64,000 bases of DNA from Octopus vulgaris (Eukaryota), in NCBI GenBank assembly GCA_951406725.2, contig OX597814.1, positions 54,188,001 through 54,252,000 on the forward strand, given 5' to 3'. The first letter of the stretch is position 1, and every line of letters begins with the position of its first letter. A program made the position numbers and the translations under genes. Under the pieces are notes generated by a model. That model worked only from the letters and a program-made list of their open reading frames with translations, was not told where the DNA came from and searched no databases. This document shows positions 1 through 11,553 of the stretch, one piece after another.

Positions 1-1850
1 ATTTTGGAACAATTCCCCAGTTGCACTTGTTTTGCAAATGATTTGATATGGGGCTTGCATTGTAAAGTCATTAAAACAACCAACTTACATTTTCTTTTAC
101 TTTTTATTAATTAGTAATAAACTGTAATAAGATATGTGATAAACTATCAAAACCTTTCACACCTCCTTTACAACCTGGATACTGATAATGTATTACAGGG
201 TGTCCATATATACTGATTTTTATTCTTTAACCTCATGATGCACAAAGTAAATTTTGTCACATGCTTGTCAAAACTATATTACCAGACGATAAATACTTTG
301 TATTTTTGTCAGACGTCCAGAATTCTGTCTACCGTTCAGATTTTCTAACTTTAGAAATACTTTAAGGCACAAAAAACAAAAAATAAAAAAAAAACAAAGA
401 AATATATATTACAAAATAAGTATAGAGTATCAATGCAAAAGTTGCTTTTAACATTTCTCTTTCCTCAATTAGTGTGTGAGTGTGACGTGGGTTGGTTTTG
501 ATGAAACACTGCCCATTGAAGTATCATTAGAGGAGGTTGAATGAGGACACAGATCAAATGAGGGCCTGTGGTTTGGATTGTGCTGGTGAGTAATAATCAA
601 TTTTAAATGTGGATTTCCGCATGTTTTTCAGCATGAAAATTATAAATAGCTCTTGAATGGCTGACTTAATCCACTTAAAACTGTTGAGAATCAGTTTAAT
701 TAATTACAAAAAAAAACAAAAAAACATTTTATTTTACTTTCTTTGCATGCTTGCATTTTATTTTTACTTTTCCTTTCGAGTAGATTTAATGTTAAAAAAA
801 GTCCAGTTATTTCTGCTGAAGAACCAGACAAATTTATGTACTATACAAAAGGTTAAGGAGTATGCTTTTAATAAGAAAAGCAAAACAATATAAATTAGTG
901 GTGAGAACAAAAATTTTCAGTTTTTCAGGCAAATAAGGTTTCTAATGAAACTATTTCTTGTCAAGTTATTTTCGAATAGATTAAACTCTCCAATGTATAA
1001 TTTACATTTTAGTTACTTCCACATTACAGTCCAAGAACCAGTTGGTGAGATAACGAAAGATAGTCTACAAAGTGGTTTGCAACCTCTTCATTATCAAAAT
1101 CCCTGCATCTTGTTAAATTTCTTCTAACTGCTTAAAGTTTTTTAAATTTTCACCAGAAATTTTTTTTTAATGTAGTTTTGCATGCTGATGATAAAAATTG
1201 CATTTATTTTTTCCAGAATTTAATCATAAAGAAGCTACAAGCATTTAAAGTTAATTTTAGCAAATTGAAAATGTCCACTGCCAACATATCGAAAGTCATA
1301 ACTGTCTATTGTTATAGAAAGCAAAGACGACAAATGAAAATGAAACCTTTACACGGTCTCTCAACCTGCTAGAAATAACACCCAAATCTTCGTTAAACTA
1401 CACCATAACATCTAGAAACCAAAAGAGCAACACATCATATAAAGTAGTAGGCGGGGTAATGGTCTTTTCGTTTGTAATTAGAGCACCAAGATGTTGTAAT
1501 ATGGTCTTAAATTTATAATAGTACTAAATATATTTATTATATGTAATCATAAGCAATGCTGTGTATGTATTTGCTATTAATACATATGATGTGTTTAAAA
1601 TTAATTTCTAGAGAAAATGAATGCTATTTTCTTCACCAGCATGTAAGACAACATTAGAACTGCACTTAAAAAAATAATAATAATGTGGTGAAAGTTGGAA
1701 AAACTTCAGGTGGTTGGAAATTTAACAAGATCCAAGGCTCTTTTTTTTATCTAAATTAATTTTCACACAGACACCAGGGTTTTGAAAAGCCTGTCTACTG
1801 AATAAGCCAATTTTATTAACAACATAATTCATTTTCCTAGTTTTATTTTT

Positions 1851-2232
1851 CAGGCATGGTTGTGTGGTAAGACGCTTCCTTACTATCCACATGATTCCAG
1901 ATTGGGTTCAGTCCCACTGCGTGGCACCTTGTATAAATGTCTTCTACTATAGCCTCAGGCCGATCAAAGCCTTATGAGTGGATTTGATAGATGGCAATTG
2001 AAAAAAGCCTGTTGTATACATGTCTGTGTGCTTATGTTTGTCCCCAATCACCACTTAACAACTGGTGTTGGTTTGTTTACATTCCTTGTAACTTAGCGGT
2101 TCTGCAATAAGAGACTGATAGAATAAGTACTAGGCTTTAAAAGGAAAAACAAGTATTGGGGTCAATTCATTTGACTAAAAGTTCTTCAAAGCAGTGCCCT
2201 AGCATGGTCGCAGTCTAAAAACTGAAACAGAT
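1851..2232 (+). mobile_element. tRNA-derived SINE, family A
   Basis: A-box-like TGGTTGTGTGG, B-box-like GGTTCAGTCCC, body cttctactatagcctcaggccgatcaaagcc and tail ...actgaaacag; the same sequence recurs more than 10 times in the window. Confidence 0.85.
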
Positions 2233-2914
2233 AATGTAAATATATGTATATATAATTATCTGTAACCAAATAATTGTACATTTTTCACTGCTGCCTTTTA
2301 CAATTTGAACACAGTTCACAGACTCTGCTTTGGGAACTTTTAGTCAATGCAATTGCTTCAACTGTTAGAAATAACAGCTAAAATCTCTCAAATTAGAACC
2401 TACTTTCTGAAAACAAGGAAAGACACTGGATAATGTAGTCTTAGATACACACAAAGCCTGAGTACTTGTAATTGGAATATCTTTGATCATGTGTATGCTT
2501 GATTCAGGATCCAAGCTAAATGATTACTAGTCAAGAGTTGATCTGCATTTTCAATCTTCTTATAAAGATACAATGAAAATTAACGATTCTTCTGAAGTAA
2601 CCTATAATATAATTTGTTCACTGACAGGTGAGTAGCAGACTGATGGTGTACACAACAACCTGCAATATTATAATATATCCCTTATAAAAGTATCCTAGGT
2701 AAGAATGGAATTATAAGAGAAGATACATCCCACTTACTGCTAATTCACTGGAAAGGTATAAAGTCACGGCTTCTATTATCAGTATGTCTCTATCCCTTTC
2801 ATAAAATAGTAAAATGAGGAGAGAGAGAGAAAGAAAGAGAGATGTTCAAACAAGCAAACCTTAGGTGGACATTATTTACATTTGATAGATATTTGTCCTC
2901 ATCTTGTTTGTTGT

Positions 2915-2961
2915 TAACACAATGTTTCGGCTGATATACCCTCCAGCCTTCATTGGGTGTC
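2915..2961 (-). ncRNA. Degenerate minimal type-I hammerhead ribozyme motif
   Basis: Minus strand GACAC-CCAATGA-A-GGCTG-gagggtatat-CAGCC-GAAA-CATT-GTGTT; stems I and II pair, CUGAUGA box mutated. Confidence 0.65.
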
Positions 2962-3025
2962 TGGGTTCTCATTCCTAAGATATATTTTGATGTTATTATT
3001 TATTCTTCTTTTTATTATTATTCAT

Positions 3026-3096
3026 GTCACTGCTTGGAATTGAACTCAGAATCTTGGGGTTAGTAGCCCACACTCTTAACCACTATGCCATATGCC
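3026..3096 (-). promoter_or_regulatory. tRNA-like Pol III A/B-box cassette inside Penelope 3' region
   Basis: Minus strand GGCATATGGCATAGTGGTTAAGAG...GAGTTCAATTCC; homologous to 31625-31697. Confidence 0.7.
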
Positions 3097-3435
3097 TGTG
3101 GACAATTATGGAGTGAATTTTAGGGCTTATAAATCTAATATTTTCCTATTCTTCCTTAATACCGGTTCCCATATACTATTCATATCTGCACTCGGCCTGC
3201 TTAGGAGGTTGTTGTGCCCTAGCAAATGTGCTGCTTCTTTAAGTTTTAGTATCTTCTAGCAATTGCTCTCTTTACACTGAATGGATGGTGGGAACTGAAG
3301 TTCAGGTGCCGTTCAGTTGAGGTTGGCTTGCGGTATATGGATGTCCTGAATCCATACTTGGTGCGTGCTATTAATATCTACAGCATTAATATGTAGCATT
3401 CCTGGAATGAGAACCCAGGTTCGAAATTTCCCCAA

Positions 3436-3481
3436 GACACCTGATGAAGGCTGGAGGGTATATCAACTGAAATGTTGTGTT
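3436..3481 (+). ncRNA. Minimal type-I hammerhead ribozyme motif (Penelope pseudo-LTR)
   Basis: GACAC-CTGATGA-A-GGCTG-gagggtatat-CAACT-GAAA-TGTT-GTGTT; both core boxes intact, stem II/III partly decayed. Confidence 0.7.
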
Positions 3482-4319
3482 AACAACAAACAAGATGAGG
3501 AGAAATATATGTCAAATGTAAATAATGTAAATAATTCCTCTTCTCTTACATACAGAACTGTATAAACCTTGGGTGGTTTATATACTGCATGAAAACCTGC
3601 TTTAATGACTTCCAGCTCTATGACAATAGAAAGACTTTTGTGAGTTTATAAAAATGTATTCATTAGTTGAACCATCCCACCTCTTATTCACACACACCTA
3701 CACAGAGTTTTATATAGAAAAAAATATTGCAAATTAAACAAAGATGATAAATTTTATTCTCTAATCGAATAACTTCCAAAATTAAATATTTTATATAACA
3801 GCTTAAGTTGGTGTTGGCATATTTAATGCAAGGAGCCTGCTAATACGTGTTGAATCATATCCAACGTATGAGAATTACAAACAGAAGTCAATAGGAAACA
3901 AGATAAAAAATAAGCCAACAAGGAAGCCTCTATGAGTTGATAAACCTGCTAGTAATAGTGAACAAATTTCCTTCAGATCACAACCTATTGCAGATTTTAA
4001 CTAATATTTTTCACCCTTGGGTAACCCTGGAAATAAATTTCACGTAACAAGCAACCTTTAGTTAAAAGGTATAAGTCTTTATTAATCTTTTTTTGTAATA
4101 AAGTTAAATGTCATAAACCAAACAGTATGTATTTTTCTGATGACTAGTTTAATGTGGGTGGTTGGGAAGACATAAGTATTTCTCAAGTGTACTGACAATG
4201 CAAAAAATTAGCAGATATCAAACTGCTTGTTCAAAAGATTTCATAAGGTTTTCATTTGTTATCGTCATTATCATTGCTCCTGCTACCACCACCTTTGCAA
4301 CCATCACCACCACCACCAC

Positions 4320-4790
4320 CATTATTTTAATGTTCACTTTCCTATGAGTCAGATGGAATTTGTTGAGGTAGATTTTCTAAAGCTGAATGTCCTTGTTGCC
4401 AACCCTCACAAAGCTTTGGTCAGCGCAGAGCTATAGTGGAAGACACTTGCCCAAAGTGTCACACAGTGGGGTTGAACCCCAAACCATGTGATTGGGAAGA
4501 AGTCTGTTGTATATATATATATAGATATGTTTGTATCTGTGCATGTGTGTGTGTACTCTTGTCTTGACATCACATGAATGTTGTAAAGGAGCATCACCAC
4601 CATATAGGTGATGTTTGTTTCCAGTCTTCTGTGAAAAACATGTCTGGCCTTGGGGGAATATTATCTTTCTTGGAAACAAGTGAAGACTGGTAAAAGGAAA
4701 AACATCCAACAGTAGCAAATCTGTCTCAACAAATTCTGTCTGATCCATGCAAACAAGGAAAAGAGCTCATTAAACAAAAATGATGATGAC
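4320..4790. mobile_element. Cluster of SINE fragments (family A head on minus strand, RTE-like tails in both orientations)
   Basis: 4405-4505 is the reverse complement of the family A head; 4560-4790 is the tail type ending aaatgatgatga also seen at 9790-10030 and 39350-39530. Confidence 0.7.
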
Positions 4791-4830
4791 AAAAATTTTT
4801 ATATATAAATATATACATATAGTAGAAACA

Positions 4831-5140
4831 TGGAGGCAAAATGGCCCAGTGGTTAGGGCAGTGGACTCACGGTCGTAGGATCGTGGTTTCAATTCTCAGA
4901 CCGGGCATTGTGAGTGTTTATTGAGTGAAAACACCTAAAGCTCCACGAGGCTCCAGCAGGGAGTGGTGGCGATCCCTGCTGTATTCTTTCACCACAACTT
5001 TCTCTCACTCTTTCTTCTGTTGACCTGCTCGCTTATCTAGCGGGGTGGCGTCATTCGAAGGCTAAAACAATGCGAAGCGCATTGTGACCAGTGATGTGTA
5101 GCAACATCTGATAGCCTGGTCAGTCACGGTGATCACGGTG
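4831..5140 (+). mobile_element. Full-length tRNA-derived SINE, family C, tail type 1
   Basis: Head GGAGGCAAAATGGCCCAGTGGTTAGGGCA...GGTTTCAATTC; 14-bp target duplication ATATAGTAGAAACA at 4817-4830 and 5141-5154. Confidence 0.9.
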
Positions 5141-5163
5141 ATATAGTAGAAACAATGTGAATG

Positions 5164-5435
5164 ATATAGTAGAAACAATGAATATGGAAGATAGAGTATA
5201 CTGGAAACTTTATTTATCACAACAATCGTTTTGACACATCCTGTATTGCTTCCTTGCAGGTAGGAAAACTATATAAGGAATTACAGTGCAGCCCATGGTG
5301 TAGAAGCAGCTCATCCATCAGGTGATGTAATCCAGTTTCTCATTACATAAATAAGGTTTCACTCTTAAACTTAACTAGAGCGTGTTGATAGTAGTTGTAT
5401 CTAAAATATATTCCACATCCATTGTTTCAACTATA
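5164..5435. mobile_element. Short inverted-repeat element enclosing a hammerhead-like motif
   Basis: Ends TATAGTAGAAACAATGAATATGGAA versus reverse complement TATAGTTGAAACAATGGATGTGGAA; minus-strand ATCAC-CTGATGG...AAAA-CGATTG-TT-GTGAT followed by AATAAA. Confidence 0.55.
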
Positions 5436-6411
5436 TTCAACTTGCACTATACTCATCATGCACTGGTCAAGCAGAAATTGCGCAATTACTGTGGATGATG
5501 CCAGGTTGCCATAGGCAGTGAATGTGCTTTGCAGGCATGCTACTAGGGACATACCCAAAATGCAGTTTAGATTTTAAATTTAAACCTAAACTTTTATTTT
5601 AACTTAAATATATAACATTTTGAACAAAATATTTTGTGATATTTGTCCTGCCCAAGTTTCACCAACACTTCATTGTCATTCTAACCATCATCAAATACAG
5701 CAAATTAATGAATGGCCCATTGGAAACCTGTAACCAGTAATGCTATTCTTCACAAAATATGATATAAAAATGAATACATCTATCATTGCCAAATTCCTAC
5801 TTAATAGCATCTGGTAATTCCTCCCCACCACGCCTTCATTTAATTGCAGAGTTAAATAAACAAGCAAACAAATACAGAAGAAAAAAAGAAAAGAAAAAAG
5901 AAGCCAACATACAAAATAAAGAAATTTCTCTTCTTTTTTTTTTTTTCATTTTGTTGTTTTCTAAGCCAAGAATAGTTAAGAAGACATGGGATGTTTGAGG
6001 TGTTAGCAGTCCCAAATGAATAAGAATCATATTTTAAGTGACATGAAATAAAGTTATGATTAGCAGGAAGTAAAAAGGAAAGAAGTAGCAGAATGAAGGA
6101 AAGAAAGAAGGATGGGCAGTAGACCAAAAAAAGGAAAGGGAAAATGGAAATAAAAAAGACAAATAGCTACAACACTAATCATAATAAGGTACTGTATAAA
6201 ACCAACTAAAACTTTTCAGGAGGAGGAAGTAAAAAAAAAAATGAAAAGGAGCAGAAAGAATAAGAATAAACTGGAAGCCCATGAAGAGAACAAAAAAAGA
6301 CATAGAAGATATAAAAGATGAAGGAAAAGAGGAAGAGAATCACAAGAAAAAACAACAAAAAATCAGGAACGAAGAAAAGATGTAGGTGGGAAAAGAACAA
6401 AAGGTAGTCTA

Positions 6412-7017
6412 TCTTTTAACTTTTACTTGTTTCAGTCATTGGACTGCAGCCATGCTGGGGCACTACCTTGAAGGATTTTGGTCAAATAAGTTGCCGTTAC
6501 TGCTTTATTTTTGTTAAAGTCTGACACTTATTCTGTCAGTCTCTTTTGCCAAACTGCTAGGTAACAGGGACGTAAACAAACCAACACCAGTTGTCAAACA
6601 CAAACACATTGACACACACACACTTAGTTGTGTTCTTGAGCAAAACACTTCATTTCATGTTGCTCTGCAATCATTTTGTCATCTAATGTGTGGCACACTT
6701 GTATACCTATGCAGGCAATGTCGATTTGATGGAGTGAACTAATGTACAGCACATACATTTGATCACCATAAATGAATCATTTCTGCAGGTTGTTCAGCAT
6801 AAACTGAATACTCATACGTCATCTTCAATGGGAGATCCATCATATATATGTATAAGGCAGGTTTCTTTCAGTTTCCATGAACCAAATCTACTAACAAGGC
6901 TTTGGTGAGCCTGGGGCTATAGTAGAAGACACTTGCTGACAGTTCCACACAGAAGATCTGAGCCCAGAACCATATGGTTAAGAAGCAAATTTCTTACCAC
7001 ACAGCTACGACTGTACC
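6412..7017 (-). mobile_element. Family A SINE interrupted by a nested SINE
   Basis: Tail at 6412-6600 and head at 6855-7017 on the minus strand, separated at the central microsatellite by another repeat. Confidence 0.75.
6625..6840 (+). mobile_element. SINE-like repeat, family D (5'-truncated)
   Basis: GTGTTCTTGAGCAAAACACTT core; reverse-complement homolog at 14706-14930. Confidence 0.65.
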
Positions 7018-7029
7018 TAATGATTTTTT

Positions 7030-7230
7030 CATGTCATCATCCATCATCATTTAATGCCCATTGTCCATGCTGGCATAGGTTGGACAATTTGGCCAGAGCT
7101 GGCAAGCTGGGGAGTTGCACCAGACTCCAGTATAATTTGGCATGGTTTCTATGGCTGGATACCCTTCCTAATGCCAACCACTTTACAAAGTGTGCTGGGT
7201 GCTTTTATGTGTCATTGCATGGGTACCTTT
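7030..7230 (-). mobile_element. RTE LINE 3' end fragment
   Basis: catcatttaatgcccattgtccatgctggcataggttggac is the reverse complement of the RTE terminus at 14080-14131. Confidence 0.75.
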
Positions 7231-7724
7231 ACATGGAAAGAACTGAAATGGATCAATAAAATTATTTTTAAAAAATAAGTTAAAAGGTTTGTTTGTATTC
7301 AATACTGTATGCAAAAAATTCTTAATTGAAATTTGATTCTTAATTTGAGAAAGACAAATAAAAACCTGGAGGTAATTGTGACACTCAAAGAAAAAGGGAT
7401 ATAATTTCTAGAAATTAAGTGTTAATCTCTCAGAGTTGATTTACATGTTTACAGGAAAAAAAGTCTGATCATTGTTTACAGTTAAGGACAACTATGGATA
7501 TGTCTTCATCACTAGCATAGTATAGTCTACATAACCCTGCTTGATCAGTTGAGAAAGGCTCACATATTGAAAAGAAAAATTATAAATACTTGTTGGTCAG
7601 TATAATTTCTTTTTTTACACTGGCAATAAGGTCACACATAGGGAGGGAGCTCAGTTATAATTCCAGTCACATCTAGGATACACTGTAGGAATCTAAAGCC
7701 ATGTATTTGACAGATATTTTATTC

Positions 7725-8062
7725 CAGCGGCTCTCAACTATGGTCTACATGACTCCTGGGGATCCATATAAGATTTATAGGGGTCCATGCAAACAAAATA
7801 GTAAATTGAGGATCCACAGTAGTATTTTAAGGGTCAATGGAAAGGTTTGTTTTAAATGCATATATTGTAAGAAACAGCAAGGTTTCTTTCTCTAACATTT
7901 TACATAGTTCAACCTATACAAGTGATGAGTGAATAACAAAAGAGGAATTTTGAAAGAAGCATCTATAAAATTAGTTTTTAAACATCGAATAGCTATGGGG
8001 GTCCACCAAAATAAAATAGTAAATAAAGGGGTCCATAAGCAAAAAATGGTTGAGGACTACTG
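7725..8062. mobile_element. Non-autonomous hAT (Buster/Charlie-type) MITE
   Basis: TIRs CAGCGGCTCTCAAC / GTTGAGGACTACTG; 8-bp flanks TTTTATTC / CTTTATTG with central TA; second copy at 57497-57842. Confidence 0.8.
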
Positions 8063-8355
8063 CTTTATTGTCTTAAGCACCAAAATAACTAGAAATTAAC
8101 CTCAGTGGGTCTCAAACACATGACATGGAAGTATCAGCAGACACAGTAAAGCATTTTGACACTCACTCCTATTTCAGCAATTGAAACAATATTTCTAGCC
8201 CAAACAGAAGCTGACAAATTCCGTGAGGAAAGGATAAAATGATTAAAGTACCCCTCTCCTCAACTCTGGTATTTGACTGGTGTTTATTTTAGTGATTCAG
8301 AAAGAATGAAAGTAACAGTTAAGCTTAGTGAATTTCAAACTCAAGTAGTGTCCCA

Positions 8356-8510
8356 GATATGCCTGTGCAATTAAGAAATTTACTTCCCAACCATGTGGCT
8401 TTGGGTTCAATCCCACTGTGAGACACCTTGAGCAAATGTCTGCTATAGCCACAAGTTGACCAAAGCCTTGTGAATGAATTTAGTAGAGGGAAACTGAAAG
8501 AAACCTTATC
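8356..8510 (+). mobile_element. Family A SINE head
   Basis: cttcccaaccatgtggctttgggttcaatcccactg...gaaactgaaagaa. Confidence 0.7.
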
Positions 8511-8610
8511 TGTCTATCTATCTATCTATCTACATACATACACATACATATCTAAACATGTACGTATATACACATACATATATACACACACACATATATA
8601 TATATATATA

Positions 8611-9070
8611 CAGGCTATGGTGAATAAATTGTCGTCTAAATTACACAAAAATGAAAATAATACTGACTTCTCAATATAACAAATATATTTATCAAAATTA
8701 CATAAAAATATCTTGAAATACTAAAGAGTAAATTTACTCAATAAGATCGCCATTGGCTTCAACCACAGTCAACAGTCTCCTTGCTTAAGTTAGTGATAAT
8801 CCTTGCCTTCAGTTCATCTTTGGTGTTAGGACTTTTGTTAGTCACTCTCTCAACTGTACCCTACAAAATAATCAAGGGGGTTACAGTTTGGGGAGTTAGG
8901 TGGCCAGAGTTTAGGGGTGATGTGGTCACAGAAATTGTCTGACAGCCATAACTGGGTTCTCCTGCTTGTGTGGCATGGTGCAGAGCCCTGTTGCCAGACA
9001 TAAGGTCTTCCAGAAGCCACTCTCTTGATCCAGGGCAGCACTACCTCCTCCAGGCAACTGATGTAGTCTA
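8611..9070 (-). pseudogene. Tc1/mariner transposase 3' remnant
   Basis: ORF 8850-9041: WQQGSAPCHTSRRTQ...WPPNSPNCNPLDY, matching QQDxAPxH and WPPxSPDxNPxD motifs; TA|CAGG terminus at 8611. Confidence 0.85.
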
Positions 9071-9767
9071 CGGCTGTATGCTACTCATATCTGCACTAGT
9101 TCTGCCCCCTAAACATACATACCACTCCAACTATGAAGAGAAGAGAGGGTGAAACCCATAAACTGACTACAGTCTGTCTAGCCTATGTGAAATGTTTCTC
9201 CGAAAAGATACAAAAGATATGCGACCCATATGACATCAGGACAATATTCAAGAGTAATACAACACTTCACAAATATTCAAGAGTAATACAACACTTTCCA
9301 AATATCTCCACCAATAGAAGAGAATATGACCAAAGATTGCATGTACTCCATCCCATGCAGCTGTGGTAGGTTATACAAAGGTGAAACATGCCGCCCCCTC
9401 AATATAAGTGTAGAGGAAATTTGTTAAGTTATGACATGAGGAGATATTGATAAATCGGGTATAGTTGATCATGTATGGAAAAATGGAGACCACCTCCCCC
9501 TGTGGGATTAAGTTAAAATAATAAACAGAGAACACCACTGGAAAATACGAAAACTAAAAGAGGCAGCACATATGCTAGGACATAATAACCTCCTATGTGA
9601 AATGTTTCTCCGAAAAGATACAAAAGATATGCGACCCATATGACATCAGGACAATATTCAAGAGTAATACAACACTTCACAAATATTCAAGAGTAATACA
9701 ACACTTTCCAAATATCTCCACCAATAGAAGAGAATATGACCAAAGATTGCATGTACTCCATCCCATG
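9071..9767 (+). pseudogene. Penelope-like GIY-YIG endonuclease fragment with internal duplication
   Basis: CMYSIPCSCGRLYKGETCRPL...HVWKNGDH...IINREHHWKIRKLKEAAH; collinear with 31230-31520; 9071-9098 is an inverted piece of the same element. Confidence 0.85.
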
Positions 9768-9789
9768 TGTGTGTGTGTGTTTGTGTTTC

Positions 9790-10030
9790 CTAGTATTGAT
9801 ATTGTGTGATAGTTGCAAATGAGTGTTGTTGTCAGACTGGTGAGTGACTTTTTTTTCCAGTCTTCTATGAAAACATGTCTGATCATGGGGAAGTTTTCCC
9901 TTGCTTGGAAATAAATTAAGGTTAGTGTCATAAAGGGTATCTGGTCAGACAAAAAAAAATCTGCCTTGACAAATTCTGGCTGATGCATACAAGCATGGAA
10001 AAGTGGATGTTAAAACAACAATGATGATGA
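9790..10030 (+). mobile_element. SINE tail of RTE type
   Basis: Ends aagcatggaaaagtggatgttaaaacaacaatgatgatga. Confidence 0.65.
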
Positions 10031-10085
10031 AATGGAGGAGGGAGAGATGGGGAGGATGTTTTGCAACTACATAAGTTTGATGGTA

Positions 10086-10635
10086 TCATCATCATCATCA
10101 TCGTTTAATGTCCGTTTTCCATGCTAGCATGGGTTGGACAGTTCGACTGGGGTCTAGAAAGCCTGGAGGCTGTGCCAGGCTCTAGTCTGATCTGACAGTG
10201 TTTGTACAGCTGGATGCCCTTCATAACGCCAACCACTCCATGAGTGTAGTGGGTGCTTCGTATGTGCCACCAGCACAGGGGCCAGAGGAGGCTGGCAAAC
10301 AGCCATGATTGGTTGGTGCTTTTTACGTGTCATCGACACGGACACCAGTCAGGCAGCGCTGGCATCAGCCATGTTCGGATGGTGCTTTTGACGTGTCACC
10401 GACACGGACACCAGTAAGACAGCGCTGGCATCAGCCATGTTCGGATGGTGCTTTATACGTGCCAGGTTCATCATCATCATCATTTAATGTCCCTGTTCTA
10501 TGCTAGCATGGGTTAGACAGCTTGAAAGGACAGCATCGTCTTCTAGTGTTTGCTTTGGGATGGTTATTACAGTTGGATGTCAATCACTTTACAATGCCAA
10601 TCACTTTACAACATGTAATGGGTGCCTTTCTTCAT
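10086..10635 (-). mobile_element. Two tandem RTE 3' UTR fragments
   Basis: Each begins (ATC)n-(g/a)tttaatgtcc on the plus strand; homologous to 13830-14131; contains a ~63-bp tandem repeat at 10316-10465. Confidence 0.8.
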
Positions 10636-11199
10636 GCTATAGAAGCAGGACTACAAGACTGATACAAATGTTATAGACTCCCAAAGGGATTACAGACAAA
10701 GTAAACATGATGTGATTTAAAATCAAAACAAACTTCATTGTTCAGTGCAAACTGCTAAGTAAAATTGAATAAAATAATTAACAACAAAAGCAGCCAGAGT
10801 TTGAAAAGAGCTAGCAGCAGTCAAACCAAGAGAAAACAATACAAAGAGAAATAAGATGATCAAACTTTTACACAACCACCACAACAGCAATAACAACAGT
10901 AACTGCTACAGTAATATGTAGTCAGTGAAGAAAGATACAATTTGAGGCAGTCAGGTCAGCAACAGTGGCTGGTTATTTTTATCTGCTTCTTAATCATACA
11001 TTTTCAGTGCACAACCTAGCAGCGTCGGTTTCCTGATTAGAGTTAGTAGGAGATGTAGGGAAGAGAGAGAGAGAGAGAGAGTGTTGTGTGCGTGCGTGCA
11101 TATAGTGTATATGCATCAAAAGAGACAGAGGGAAGCATGCTTATGGGTATATATATTACTCACTCACATATATGCATACTACATAATGTGTATATATAA

Positions 11200-11513
11200 A
11201 CACATACATCATAAATCATATATATATATACACACACAGATATATAGATATATATACATACATACACACACAGATATATATATATACATACACACAGATA
11301 TATAGATATATATATATACATATACATACACACAGATATATAGATATATATATATATACATACATACACACAGATATATAGATATATATATACATATATA
11401 TATACATACATATATAGATATATATATATATATATACATACATATATAGATATATATATACATATATATATACATACATACACACAGATATATAGATATA
11501 TATATACATACGC

Positions 11514-11550
<37 letters not shown>
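11200..11550. repeat. Compound (TA)/(CA)/GATA microsatellite
   Basis: Directly visible. Confidence 0.95.

Positions 11551-11553
<3 letters not shown>

Larger units (their letters stand above)
2869..3561. mobile_element. Penelope-like element remnant with inverted pseudo-LTRs
   Basis: 2869-2975 is the reverse complement of 3404-3530; the minus strand carries the end of the GIY-YIG ORF (AAHLLGHNNLLSRPSADMNSIWEPVLRKNRKILDL*) matching 31490-31593. Confidence 0.85.

Noticed and set aside
473-585. Plus-strand exon ending at ctg|gtgagt
   Set aside because: Stops in all three frames from the best acceptor and no recognisable product.
1300-1450. Recurrent gctagaaataaca...aaatct motif (also near 2365, 3945, 48666, 52860, 56855)
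   Set aside because: Probably a very old dispersed repeat; too decayed to delimit or classify by eye.
5786-6400. Hydrophobic or Lys-rich ORFs
   Set aside because: Produced by purine-rich low-complexity sequence; the same applies to 60300-60730 and 62700-63015.
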